14,801 bases of DNA from a virus. This document shows, piece after piece, positions 7,631-14,454 of the stretch. Location of the stretch: UHGV virus genome UHGV-0275206. One strand, written 5' to 3'. A program made the position numbers and the translations under genes. Within the stretch, counting starts at the first letter, position 1; every line of letters begins with the position of its first letter. Under the pieces are notes generated by a model that worked only from the letters and a program-made list of their open reading frames with translations, was not told the origin of the DNA and searched no databases.

Positions 7631-8440
7631 TCAATGAACGGTATCGAGCAGCTTTAACAGCTCAGGGAATCGGGATTCGAAGAAATGCGGCTGCGTCTCA
7701 CGCGGATTTGCCGGACTGGTGATGTTCTTGCCGAACATGCAGCCTTTCGCCGTCAGCGACCAGAATTTTTTGATGTTGTTAATCGCGGTACGGCTGTATC
7801 GTTCGCGCTGCTCGACGATCCCCAGCTTCGCCATCTGGTGATATGCCTGATTAGCTGTCAGGCGGATACCATACTGCTTCAGCAGTGCACTCAGTGACAG
7901 CGTGGGGCGGCTTGAGCCATCAGGCGCGTCAGCAGGAGCATCAATGGCATAGCGCGGTGCCAGATTCGGTAAGCCAACAGCCTCCTGGAGTTTCTGACAG
8001 GCACCAAGCACTGAAGAGTTAGACAGGTTTAACTCCCTGCGCATAAAGTCCAGCAGAATCACTCCAGCCTGCATCTTGTCAGCAGCCTGCCCGGATAATT
8101 TTTCCGGTGCGCTGGTTACCATATCGAAAGTACGGATCACCTTCAGATGGAATGACGGGCTGATCCACATTGCATAGGCATACACCAGTTCTTTGCAGAC
8201 ATACGTCCCCTGGTTATTTCCGCCATTAATGACGCTAACTGGTTGATTTTGTTCCAGAGGCGGAATTCCACCCTCGGTGAAAAGTTGTTCAATCAATTCA
8301 CAGGTTTGCTTATTGGAGAGCCAGTATTTCGGGCGGTTTTTTTGTTCTCCCCCGGCTGCCCTGTGCAGATCGTTCAGGCTGTAACGCCCATAAGCATCAC
8401 GACGAACTTCAATACCATCAATGACCATCAGATTATTCAT
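7631..8440 (-). CDS. KilA-N domain protein (269 aa)
   Basis: From ATG 8440 (SD GAGGAGAAA): MNNLMVIDGIEVRRDAYGRYSLNDLHRAAGGEQKNRPKYWLSNKQTCELIE...YVCKELVYAYAMWISPSFHLKVIRTFD, a typical KilA-N N-terminal domain, plus a C-terminal domain of unknown function. Confidence 0.8.
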   Translation of the reverse strand: MNNLMVIDGIEVRRDAYGRYSLNDLHRAAGGEQKNRPKYWLSNKQTCELIEQLFTEGGIPPLEQNQPVSVINGGNNQGTYVCKELVYAYAMWISPSFHLKVIRTFDMVTSAPEKLSGQAADKMQAGVILLDFMRRELNLSNSSVLGACQKLQEAVGLPNLAPRYAIDAPADAPDGSSRPTLSLSALLKQYGIRLTANQAYHQMAKLGIVEQRERYSRTAINNIKKFWSLTAKGCMFGKNITSPANPRETQPHFFESRFPELLKLLDTVH

Positions 8441-8459
8441 ACTTCGTTTCTCCTCTTGA

Positions 8460-8849
8460 TCAGGCGGCTGCACCCGCCGTTTTCTCGTACTTACTGATAG
8501 TGATCTCGACCTTCCCTTCCGGGATAACCGGTCCCCACTCCACCAGCATTCTTTTCACCTGGCTGTCGTCTTCCCACACACCCGCGTGGGTCAGGGCGTC
8601 AAACAGCGCCTTGTTATAGTTGTCCAGATCGCGGATCCGGTTATCCGGAGGAAACAACACGATCTCCACTGAAGCAGGTGCCGACGTTGGTTTCGGCAGA
8701 CGACGTAACTGCTCAACTATTGCTGTGCACGCCGCACTTTGGAATTTTCGCCCCGCCGCGCTTATCAGGCTCTTACCAGCAAATGCCCCTTTGTTGGGGT
8801 GTCGCCAGTAGGTGTTCACGCTGGGTGGAAAAGGCAGAATCAGCTTCAT
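8460..8849 (-). CDS. rusA: RusA-family Holliday junction resolvase
   Basis: 129 aa; MKLILPFPPSVNTYWRH...RIRDLDNYNKALFDALTHAGVWEDDSQV, matching the RusA signature (PPSxN, DxDN, catalytic Asp cluster). Confidence 0.85.
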   Translation of the reverse strand: MKLILPFPPSVNTYWRHPNKGAFAGKSLISAAGRKFQSAACTAIVEQLRRLPKPTSAPASVEIVLFPPDNRIRDLDNYNKALFDALTHAGVWEDDSQVKRMLVEWGPVIPEGKVEITISKYEKTAGAAA

Positions 8850-9172
8850 ACTTTCAGCCCCCTCTCATGTAACCAGTGGGCTGCACGCAGCCTTGCGTTT
8901 TCCTCACCGGCAAGCAGTGAGCGGATAATCCCGACCGCCTCGCTGTCGTCGTCCTTCACCGCGGTATGAAGCGTGATCCCCCGGGCCACACCACGCTTTA
9001 TCGTGATGACGCCTTTTTTCTCCAGTGCGCGAAGATGCTCCACCGCTGCATTCACCGAACGGTATCCCAGCATGGTTGCCACCTCCTGATTGGTTGGCGG
9101 GAAGCCGCGTTCTTTCTGATAAGAAATCAGCATATCCAGCACCTGCTGCTGGCATTGAGTTAACGTCGTCAT
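8846..9172 (-). CDS. LexA-type winged-helix DNA-binding domain protein (no peptidase domain)
   Basis: 108 aa; TQCQQQVLDMLISYQKERGFPPTNQEVATMLGYRSVNAAVEHLRALEKKGVI resembles the LexA N-terminal DNA-binding domain. ATGA-coupled to the upstream and downstream genes. Confidence 0.7.
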   Translation of the reverse strand: MTTLTQCQQQVLDMLISYQKERGFPPTNQEVATMLGYRSVNAAVEHLRALEKKGVITIKRGVARGITLHTAVKDDDSEAVGIIRSLLAGEENARLRAAHWLHERGLKV

Positions 9173-9821
9173 GCCGCCATCTCCCTGACCAGTTTTTCTG
9201 CCTGCTGGCGAATCTGCGCCAGAAAGGCCTCACCACATGCCTCAAGTTCATCGCGCCCGATGTAGCTGATTGCCGGTCCCTTCCAGGTCTTGTCGAAAAC
9301 AGCAATAGCACCAGCGAAGAAAGCGCCTGTCGGCACCTGCTTCTCATCCTTCGGGATAAACCAGGCAGGCAGTTCAAAACCAATACGCCCGCGAATAAAA
9401 GCAATATGATCTACATCTTCCGGCCACCACACTTCGCTGGTGGCAGCTTTGATCAGGAAAACATAGCGCCCGCCTTTATCACGCATGGCACTGGCATGCT
9501 TCATGATGTAACGCATGCCGGTGATGTATTGCCCCCATGCTGACTGGCGCGGCTGTATGGGGGATTACCAAAGGCAGCACCTTTAAGCTCCGCAAGGCGT
9601 TCTGACCAGTCATGCGCCAGCGCGTTGTCTTCCGCCGTGTAATACGCAGCACATTTGGCGTTATCACCGTCAGTGAACAGATCCAGAACAAACGGGCCAA
9701 ACAGGGTGTTAATTCCCCAGAAAATGTTGTCCGGCGTGCGCCACTGATCGCCCACTTCCTTCAGTTCATGGGCTGGTTTGTTCCGCAGTTCCACCAGCGC
9801 CTGGCAATATTTATTACTCAT
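9169..9821 (-). pseudogene. Phage Dam-type DNA N6-adenine methyltransferase (PF05869-like) split by a -1 frameshift in a C5/G5 homopolymer
   Basis: N-terminal ORF (9501..9821) carries ...AFGNPPYSRASQHGG and stops. C-terminal ORF (9169..9516) carries ...AFIRGRIGFELP...PTGAFFAGAIAVFD. Both halves together resemble a single Dam-family protein. Adding one C to the run at 9532..9536 fuses them as ...SQHGGQYITGMRYIMKH... Confidence 0.75.
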
Positions 9822-10309
9822 TAAGCCCCCACGTAATTCCCTGAGAGATACCACTCTTCACCTGATGCAGCCCGCTTACTGCTTTTCCGTAAACACCGTT
9901 CACGACGCGCCAAAAAATTGTTTCGTTCTGGCAGGGAGTGGCTTTCACGGAATGCCGCCATCCACACCGTTGCAGCACGACGGTATAAGCCCCTGGACTC
10001 CAGTTCTTCCGCCTGGCGGGTCAGGCACAAAATCACCCGCGGGTCGTTAGTGCCGACATAGAAATTGCGCACAGGTCTGGTTTCACGAACTGGTTGTGGT
10101 TCCGGATCCTGCGCTCTCTCAGTCAGGCGCGGGAAATGTCTGTGTGTATCTCCTTCACAACGGTGAGCCACACGCCCACTCTGACGTAACTTGCTTGCTG
10201 ACTGCAGAACGCGCTGCCGTGAGTAACCTGCAAAAGCATCCGCAATGTCTCCGGAAGTACAGCCCGGATGGGCTTCAATGAATTTCTGAACGTCATTCAA
10301 AAGACTCAT
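9821..10309 (-). CDS. PerC-family transcriptional activator-like protein with an extra N-terminal domain
   Basis: C-terminal AEELESRGLYRRAATVWMAAFRESHSLPERNNFLARRERCLRKS resembles PerC-family regulators; the N-terminal roughly 60 aa (MSLLNDVQKFIEAHPGCTSGDIADAFAGYSRQRVLQSASKLRQSG) looks like a separate winged-helix-like module. Start ATG 10309 lies just after the rep stop. Confidence 0.6.
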   Translation of the reverse strand: MSLLNDVQKFIEAHPGCTSGDIADAFAGYSRQRVLQSASKLRQSGRVAHRCEGDTHRHFPRLTERAQDPEPQPVRETRPVRNFYVGTNDPRVILCLTRQAEELESRGLYRRAATVWMAAFRESHSLPERNNFLARRERCLRKSSKRAASGEEWYLSGNYVGA

Positions 10310-10311
10310 GC

Positions 10312-11253
10312 TCACCCCCTGAATCCTGCCGGGATCTGGCTGTAGTCCACATTGTCGTAACTGGCTTTGAAGTACGGGTCTTCGCGTTTTTCTGTGTACG
10401 TGCTGACGGACGGCGATAAGCGCAGGGAAAGCTCATCCCATTTTTCCCGCAGCTTCGACGGGCTGAGCACGTTACGGCACCAGAACGGATCGCGGCTGAC
10501 GCGGCTGTACATCTCGCAGATTTGTTTGTGAGTACGACCATCCTGCACACACATCAGGCGAATTTCGTTTGCCCAGGCTGTCCAGTTCGGTTCTTTGGGA
10601 CGAACCACCTCGCCGTCACATTCGGCAGCCTGCTCGTACAGGGCGATGATTTTTTTCCAGAGCCACTGTGCGCAGGTCAAATCATCCTGCGTCCCCCACT
10701 GGCGCTTTTTAGGGCTGAATACAACCGCATCAGGATGGCGAGTTAAAAAATCCTGTTCATCCGTCTGCGTGTCCGGTTGCGAAGCGTCCGGACGAGAAGG
10801 TTTTTTATCTGACGGATCATGTTTTGATTTTACTGACGGATCCCCGCCAGATTCTGACGGGTGAAAACCCGCTTTTTTGCCAGATTTCGACGCATCAAAT
10901 TTTGACGGGTCAGATTTTGATGCGTCAGATTTTGACGGGTCAGAATCTGACAGTTGAGAAAATGCCGCTGCCTGAAGCTTCGCAACGTTAAGCTGATAAA
11001 CATTCGACGCATTGCGGTTACCCTGGCGACGCGCCTTACGCGTTAACCAGCCTTCTGCTTCCAGCCGTGCGATAGCCGTTCTGACGGTACTCATCCCCGC
11101 GCCAATCTGACGGGCAATGGTTTCAATTGATGGCCAGCACACACCTTCGTCATTACTGAAATCAGCCAGGCGGGCCATAATTGCCACGCTGGATAACTTC
11201 ATGCCTGATGCAGCGCAACCATCCCATACATAGCCGGTTAATTTAGTGCTCAT
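10312..11253 (-). CDS. Phage replication initiation protein (O-like; N-terminal HTH domain) containing the origin iterons
   Basis: 313 aa; N-terminal MSTKLTGYVWDGCAASGMKLSSVAIMARLADFSNDEGVCWPSIETIARQIGAGMSTVRTAIARLEAEGWL, a pattern I associate with HTH replisome organizers. The central repetitive linker SDPSKSDASKSDPSKFDASKS is encoded by 15-bp tandem repeats. Confidence 0.75.
   Translation of the reverse strand: MSTKLTGYVWDGCAASGMKLSSVAIMARLADFSNDEGVCWPSIETIARQIGAGMSTVRTAIARLEAEGWLTRKARRQGNRNASNVYQLNVAKLQAAAFSQLSDSDPSKSDASKSDPSKFDASKSGKKAGFHPSESGGDPSVKSKHDPSDKKPSRPDASQPDTQTDEQDFLTRHPDAVVFSPKKRQWGTQDDLTCAQWLWKKIIALYEQAAECDGEVVRPKEPNWTAWANEIRLMCVQDGRTHKQICEMYSRVSRDPFWCRNVLSPSKLREKWDELSLRLSPSVSTYTEKREDPYFKASYDNVDYSQIPAGFRG
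10806..10955. repeat. Iteron-like 15-bp direct repeats (probable ori) inside the replication initiator gene
   Basis: Contiguous units at 10881..10955: cagatttcgacgcat, caaattttgacgggt, cagattttgatgcgt, cagattttgacgggt, cagaatctgacagtt; further copies at 10848..10862 (cagattctgacgggt), 10827..10841 and 10806..10820, all with a TGACGG-type core. Analogous to lambda ori within O. Confidence 0.7.
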
Positions 11254-11601
11254 GACCGACCTCTATTTCCCTGAATTTACGACGAAACTGTTCGAGCGGG
11301 CTGAAGCACTCATGCTCATAGCCTTCGCGGAGGTAGATAACCCGTTGTGTTTCCGGTTCCCAACGAATGACTCTGACGGGCACTCCGTAGTGATCTTTGA
11401 ACCAGCGGTTAACTTGTCGCAAAGGACTGTCTCCTTCTGCCGGTTGAAATCACCCACAGCCCACTCTGCAAAGCTGTGGGTTACAATTTCCCTGTCACCT
11501 GGTACATTTACTGCATAGCAATACTCCACCTTCGCTTTTCCACCCGGTACAGGAAGCGCAATCAGTTGCGAGCGACGGTAGTGTGTTGTTAAACTGTTCA
11601 T
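11243..11601 (-). pseudogene. Early-operon hypothetical gene disrupted by an apparent -1 frameshift
   Basis: The frame from ATG 11601 ([52 protein letters not shown]...) degenerates into low-complexity sequence and stops at 11263. An alternative frame opens near 11435 and reads ...[63 protein letters not shown], ending at a stop that overlaps the rep ATG (ATGAGCACTAA), the expected coupled arrangement. A 1-nt insertion near 11422..11431 would fuse the frames. Confidence 0.55.
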
Positions 11602-12155
11602 GCGTTAGTTTCTCCACAACCAGAAGCAATCGACGCCACGACGCCCGGAGCTGCACACTCGCGGGCGTCATTACTTTCTGAAATGCAAAAAATTTTGTAG
11701 ACAAGTGCTGCATGCTCCTGCAGCTTCGAAATTGAGAGATACAGCTCGTCGTTAATTGCTGTCTTCTCATGCGGTTCCACTACACCGTCTTCGATTGCTG
11801 AACGAATCTGTTTTGAATAACTGCCGATCTGTTCAATGACTTCCAGCAGACGCTGGTTAATATCGGCGTTGTCCACATCCTCGACGTCAGGAAGAGACAC
11901 AAAGACGCCATTTGCAGACTGCGCCACAGCGTCAGCAATGAAGTGAGTTCCACCAGCACGTTGCAAAATCATTGCCCATCCCAGCGGGAAAATCTGATCG
12001 CCATCGGCACGAAGGCGGTTAAATAATGCGTTCTCTGTTACATCCAGCCAGTCAGCTGCTTCAGCGTAACCCCCCGGCAACGCTGCGATAGTTTTTCTGA
12101 CAGCTTTCACGTACCACTCAGGCTGTTTTTCTACTTTCCAGTGATGCTTACCCAC
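11598..12155 (-). CDS. Early regulatory protein in the cII position (possibly Phage_CP76 / CII-like family)
   Basis: 185 aa from a GTG start preceded by a strong SD (AGGAGGT, 5-nt spacing) overlapping the cro-like gene end. Family assignment is from position and vague recollection only. Confidence 0.45.
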   Translation of the reverse strand: MGKHHWKVEKQPEWYVKAVRKTIAALPGGYAEAADWLDVTENALFNRLRADGDQIFPLGWAMILQRAGGTHFIADAVAQSANGVFVSLPDVEDVDNADINQRLLEVIEQIGSYSKQIRSAIEDGVVEPHEKTAINDELYLSISKLQEHAALVYKIFCISESNDARECAAPGVVASIASGCGETNA

Positions 12156-12408
12156 GGTTCACCTCCTGTTCCTGTGGTTTAAACCCATTCTGGTTTTGGC
12201 TAGATTGAAAACGTGCCGGATAAAGAATCTGCATTTCGCTGACTTCACCCTTAAAAAAATTGGCTAAACGTTCTGCAAGCTCGATAGATGGAATCTGCTC
12301 CAGCCTCTCAATACGACTCAACGTCGCTGGATTGACTTGAACACCCGCAGCAACATGCTGCAAAGTGAAACCATGCGCCTTACGCACATTTCGTAATGGT
12401 GATTGCAT
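12148..12408 (-). CDS. cro: Cro-like HTH (XRE-type) early regulator, divergent from the repressor gene
   Basis: 86 aa; HTH segment FTLQHVAAGVQVNPATLSRIERLEQIPSIELAERLANFF; SD GGAGGG upstream; first gene of the minus-strand early operon. Confidence 0.75.
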   Translation of the reverse strand: MQSPLRNVRKAHGFTLQHVAAGVQVNPATLSRIERLEQIPSIELAERLANFFKGEVSEMQILYPARFQSSQNQNGFKPQEQEVNRG

Positions 12409-12505
12409 ATGCCCTCCAAATATTGCGCGTTATGCATGTTATTTCACGCAATTATTTTGCGCAAGTTGATTTGCTTATCACGCAATAAAGAAATGTAATA
12501 AACGC
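12409..12505. promoter_or_regulatory. oR-like operator/promoter region between the cro-like gene and the repressor gene
   Basis: 97-bp intergenic region with dyad sites of form TTGC-N7-GCAA: ttgcttatcacgcaa (12471..12485, perfect) and ttgcgcgttatgcat (12423..12437, imperfect), plus palindromes cgcaattattttgcg (12447..12461) and TTGCGCAA. The repressor ORF starts without an SD, as with leaderless lambda cI from PRM. Confidence 0.6.
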
Positions 12506-13198
12506 ATGAACATAGGAAACCGAGTCAGACAACTTCGCCAAGCGAAGAACATGAAAATCGCCGATCTCGCTGAAGCAATAGGAGTAGATGCGGCGAACAT
12601 CTCGCGCTTAGAAACGGGTAAGCAAAAACAATTTACCGAACAAACACTGAGTAATATTGCCAAGAGCTTAGGTGTTGATATTGCTGATCTCTTTACCTCT
12701 GCCCACAAAAGTAATACTGTATATAAAAACAGTAATAATGAGGATGTTGCGCAGGTGAAGGATGTGTTCCGTATTGAAATGCTGGATATCAGTGCCAGTG
12801 CGGGAAATGGCCTTATCCAGGGCGGTGATGTCATTGATGTGATTCATGCCATCGAATACAGAACTGATAATGCTGTATCAATGTTCGGCGGACGACCAGC
12901 CAATCACATCAAAGTTATCAACGTTCGTGGGGACAGTATGTGTCCAACCATTGAGCCAGGAGATCTCATCTTCGTTGATGTCAGCATCAATCAGTTTGAT
13001 GGTGATGGTATATATGTCTTTGGTTTTGATGACAAAATATACGTTAAAAGACTTCAAATGATTCCTGACAAACTGCTGGTGATTTCTGATAACCAGATTT
13101 ACCGTGAATGGGGAATTACTAGCGAAAACGAACACCGATTCATGGTCTTTGGAAAGGTCTTAATCAGTCAGTCGCAAACCCTTAAGAGACATAATTAA
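12506..13198 (+). CDS. cI: CI-type prophage repressor: N-terminal XRE HTH plus C-terminal S24 (LexA-like) autopeptidase domain
   Basis: 230 aa; IADLAEAIGVDAANISRLETGKQ HTH; C-terminal GDSMCPTIEPGDLIFVD...YVKRL with Ser/Lys dyad; candidate Ala-Gly cleavage site in DISASAGNG. Confidence 0.88.
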   Translation: MNIGNRVRQLRQAKNMKIADLAEAIGVDAANISRLETGKQKQFTEQTLSNIAKSLGVDIADLFTSAHKSNTVYKNSNNEDVAQVKDVFRIEMLDISASAGNGLIQGGDVIDVIHAIEYRTDNAVSMFGGRPANHIKVINVRGDSMCPTIEPGDLIFVDVSINQFDGDGIYVFGFDDKIYVKRLQMIPDKLLVISDNQIYREWGITSENEHRFMVFGKVLISQSQTLKRHN

Positions 13199-13217
13199 CC
13201 TCAATATCCCATCCATC

Positions 13218-13240
13218 GGCCACCGAAAGGTGGCTTTTTA
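13218..13240 (+). terminator. Rho-independent terminator after the repressor gene
   Basis: GCCACC-GAAA-GGTGGC (13219..13234) followed by TTTTT (13235..13239). Confidence 0.8.
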
Positions 13241-13252
13241 CTACCTATAAAT

Positions 13253-13289
13253 TTGCATACCTCGCAAATATCACTTGCATATCTCGCAA
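13253..13289. promoter_or_regulatory. oL-like pair of repressor operators
   Basis: Two perfect TTGC-N7-GCAA dyads, ttgcatacctcgcaa (13253..13267) and ttgcatatctcgcaa (13275..13289), 22 bp centre to centre; same architecture as the site in the cI/cro intergenic region. Confidence 0.55.
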
Positions 13290-13452
13290 TTTAATTTTAT
13301 CTTTTGTTCCAGACCAACTACAGGATTACAACAAAATCTGGTTGCAACACGGTGCATGTGTCGTAAGCAGTCAGTAAATGTCAAAAACGAACAGGCAGGA
13401 CGCCCACGAAGTAGCCGCCTGGGGCATATGAAGTCCAGGATGATTCGTTAGC

Positions 13453-13478
13453 AACAAAAAAGCGCCCTACAGGACGCT
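13453..13478 (-). terminator. Rho-independent terminator downstream of the zinc-ribbon gene (minus strand)
   Basis: Minus strand GCGTCC-TGTA-GGGCGC (one G-U pair) followed by TTTTTTGTT. Confidence 0.6.
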
Positions 13479-13517
13479 TAGCTCTTTAGCAATCTGGATA
13501 TCCACAACAGTAGTAAT

Positions 13518-14009
13518 CTACAGATTGCCGTTAAGTTTTCTGGACAACTCCTCAATGGATGGAGGCGATACGTAATCCGGATTTTTATTCATCAGAAACT
13601 TATTTTCACAGTGGAGGCACCTGCTTTTATGAAAAAGCTCATCTTCGCTAACCGGGAATGGTTGAAGTATCGATACTATCTTTTGTCCAAAACATTTTGG
13701 GCAAAGATGCATGGTTATGCTGCCACCGTTCACGATTACCTCCTTCGAGTATACAAAAGTACCCGACTCAAGTTGGTTAAGGATATAGCCTTCCGTCTGA
13801 GCCTCAAAGTTTTCGAATTCTGCAATTTTAGCTTTGAGAGAAGCATTTATTTCTTGATAAGAGCCCACCAGTTCAACGAGAGACACGCATTCGCGCTGAA
13901 TAGACGCAAGCTTTGAGTTCAGCTCACCAATAGCCGCATTTACTTCAGCTTGAGTTTTTGCCTCGTTCATTAGTTTTGCAATCTGGGCTGTTTCACGAAT
14001 AGCCGTCAT
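13518..14009 (-). CDS. Hypothetical coiled-coil protein with C-terminal CxxC...CxxC zinc-ribbon (about 163 aa from ATG 14009)
   Basis: From ATG 14009: MTAIRETAQIAKLMNEAKTQAEVNAAIGELNSKLASIQRECVSLVELVGSYQEINASLKAKIAEFENFEAQTEGYIL...MHLCPKCFGQKIV...SRCLHCENKF. The ORF-track N-terminal extension (MWCRVPPGAWRRLH...) looks non-coding. Own terminator; orientation convergent on cI. Confidence 0.6.
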   Translation of the reverse strand: MTAIRETAQIAKLMNEAKTQAEVNAAIGELNSKLASIQRECVSLVELVGSYQEINASLKAKIAEFENFEAQTEGYILNQLESGTFVYSKEVIVNGGSITMHLCPKCFGQKIVSILQPFPVSEDELFHKSRCLHCENKFLMNKNPDYVSPPSIEELSRKLNGNL

Positions 14010-14047
14010 TGCTGCCGTTAATTCAGCGATCACATTGAATACTCTTA

Positions 14048-14093
14048 TTGTTGTTGGGGATATCCAGATTAACCGAATCCTTGTTGTTGGGGA
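14048..14093. repeat. Two perfect 13-bp direct repeats ttgttgttgggga, 33 bp apart, upstream of the zinc-ribbon gene
   Basis: Copies at 14048..14060 and 14081..14093, each (TTG)3GGGA; located 40-85 bp upstream of the ATG at 14009 on the minus strand. Confidence 0.6.
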
Positions 14094-14295
14094 ATAACCA
14101 GGTCCACCTCGCCTGATGTGGCTAAAAGCAGGCACATAACAGCTAAGTATTTTCAACCAGAGAGAATCCTTAGCGTTGTGGTGAATGCGGCTCAGCGCAC
14201 GCGGGTTAAGGTTGAGGCTGACAGTCGACCTTCTGTGGATACCCACCCGCCTGGTGTGCAACCTTCGCCAGGCACCGGGAGGCACCCGGCACCAC

Positions 14296-14366
14296 AACTT
14301 TATGCTGTGTGTAGTCCTGGCGGTACCAGTTTGTACCCTTGCTTCCGGCTGGTACCGTCCTTTTTT
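14296..14366 (+). ncRNA. DicF-like small RNA candidate ending in a strong intrinsic terminator
   Basis: CCUGGCGGUACCAGUUUGUACCC resembles the DicF core (UUUGGCGGUAUCAGUUUUACUCC) as I recall it. Hairpin GGCGGTACCAG (14319..14329) with CTGGTACCGTC (14349..14359), then TTTTTT (14361..14366). No ORF with an SD in the region; lies in the pL-side operon, as dicF does in Qin. Confidence 0.45.
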
Positions 14367-14367
14367 G

Positions 14368-14454
14368 CAAAACAGAGAAGAGCATCACCGGACGACGGGC
14401 TCATAACCCAATCCATCCGGGCGGCTGCCACCGCAGGTGTTCTTCTCTGTTTTG
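14368..14454. repeat. Long-range perfect 14-bp inverted repeat enclosing 59 nt (extended RNA stem-loop candidate)
   Basis: caaaacagagaaga (14368..14381) and its reverse complement tcttctctgttttg (14441..14454), between the DicF-like terminator and the next gene start. Confidence 0.6.

Noticed and set aside
7685-8497. Plus-strand ORFs 7685..7897 and 8243..8497 inside the KilA-N gene
   Set aside because: Antisense shadows of a gene with a recognisable KilA-N domain.
8620-9543. ORFs 8620..8811, 8678..8872, 8739..8969, 8966..9163, 9025..9543 (+) and 8904..9404 (-)
   Set aside because: Alternate-frame or antisense overlaps of the RusA, LexA-DBD and Dam-type genes, which have clear family signatures and coupled start/stop overlaps.
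9479-10050. ORFs 9479..9700 (-), 9612..9824 (+), 9778..10050 (+)
   Set aside because: The third frame through the Dam homopolymer region and antisense shadows; the Dam halves and PerC-like gene explain the coding signal.
10806-10955. Tandem repeats considered as a possible CRISPR array
   Set aside because: Units are 15 bp, contiguous without spacers, and lie inside a replication initiator ORF; they are ori iterons.
10096-11012. ORFs 10096..10281 (+), 10293..10550 (-), 10522..10746 (+), 10595..10864 (+), 10830..11012 (-)
   Set aside because: Overlap the replication initiator in other frames; the 10830..11012 translation (repeating LTRQN) is just the iterons read out of frame.
11246-11518. 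Plus-strand 90-aa ORF ([11 protein letters not shown]...)
   Set aside because: Antisense to the C-terminal coding frame of the frameshifted early gene, whose stop is coupled to the rep start; no independent support.
11495-11770. Minus-strand 91-aa ORF overlapping the CII-like gene end
   Set aside because: Alternate frame of the CII-like gene and frameshifted gene junction; Cys/Ser-rich low-complexity translation.
12478-13135. ORFs 12478..12834 (-), 12846..13061 (+), 12878..13135 (-) inside the repressor gene
   Set aside because: Shadows of the cI-type repressor ORF, which has both HTH and S24 peptidase signatures.
13331-13438. Possible Arg-rich N-like peptide (about 35 codons, MCRKQSVNVKNEQAGRPRSSRLGHMKSRMIR) downstream of the oL-like sites
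   Set aside because: Too short, no SD, and no accompanying boxA/boxB-type nut site that I could identify; an N antiterminator is not supported.
13611-13916. Plus-strand 101-aa ORF antisense to the zinc-ribbon gene
   Set aside because: GTG start without SD; the minus-strand frame has an ATG, a coiled-coil/zinc-ribbon domain pattern and its own terminator. Kept as the alternative hypothesis under the zinc-ribbon finding.
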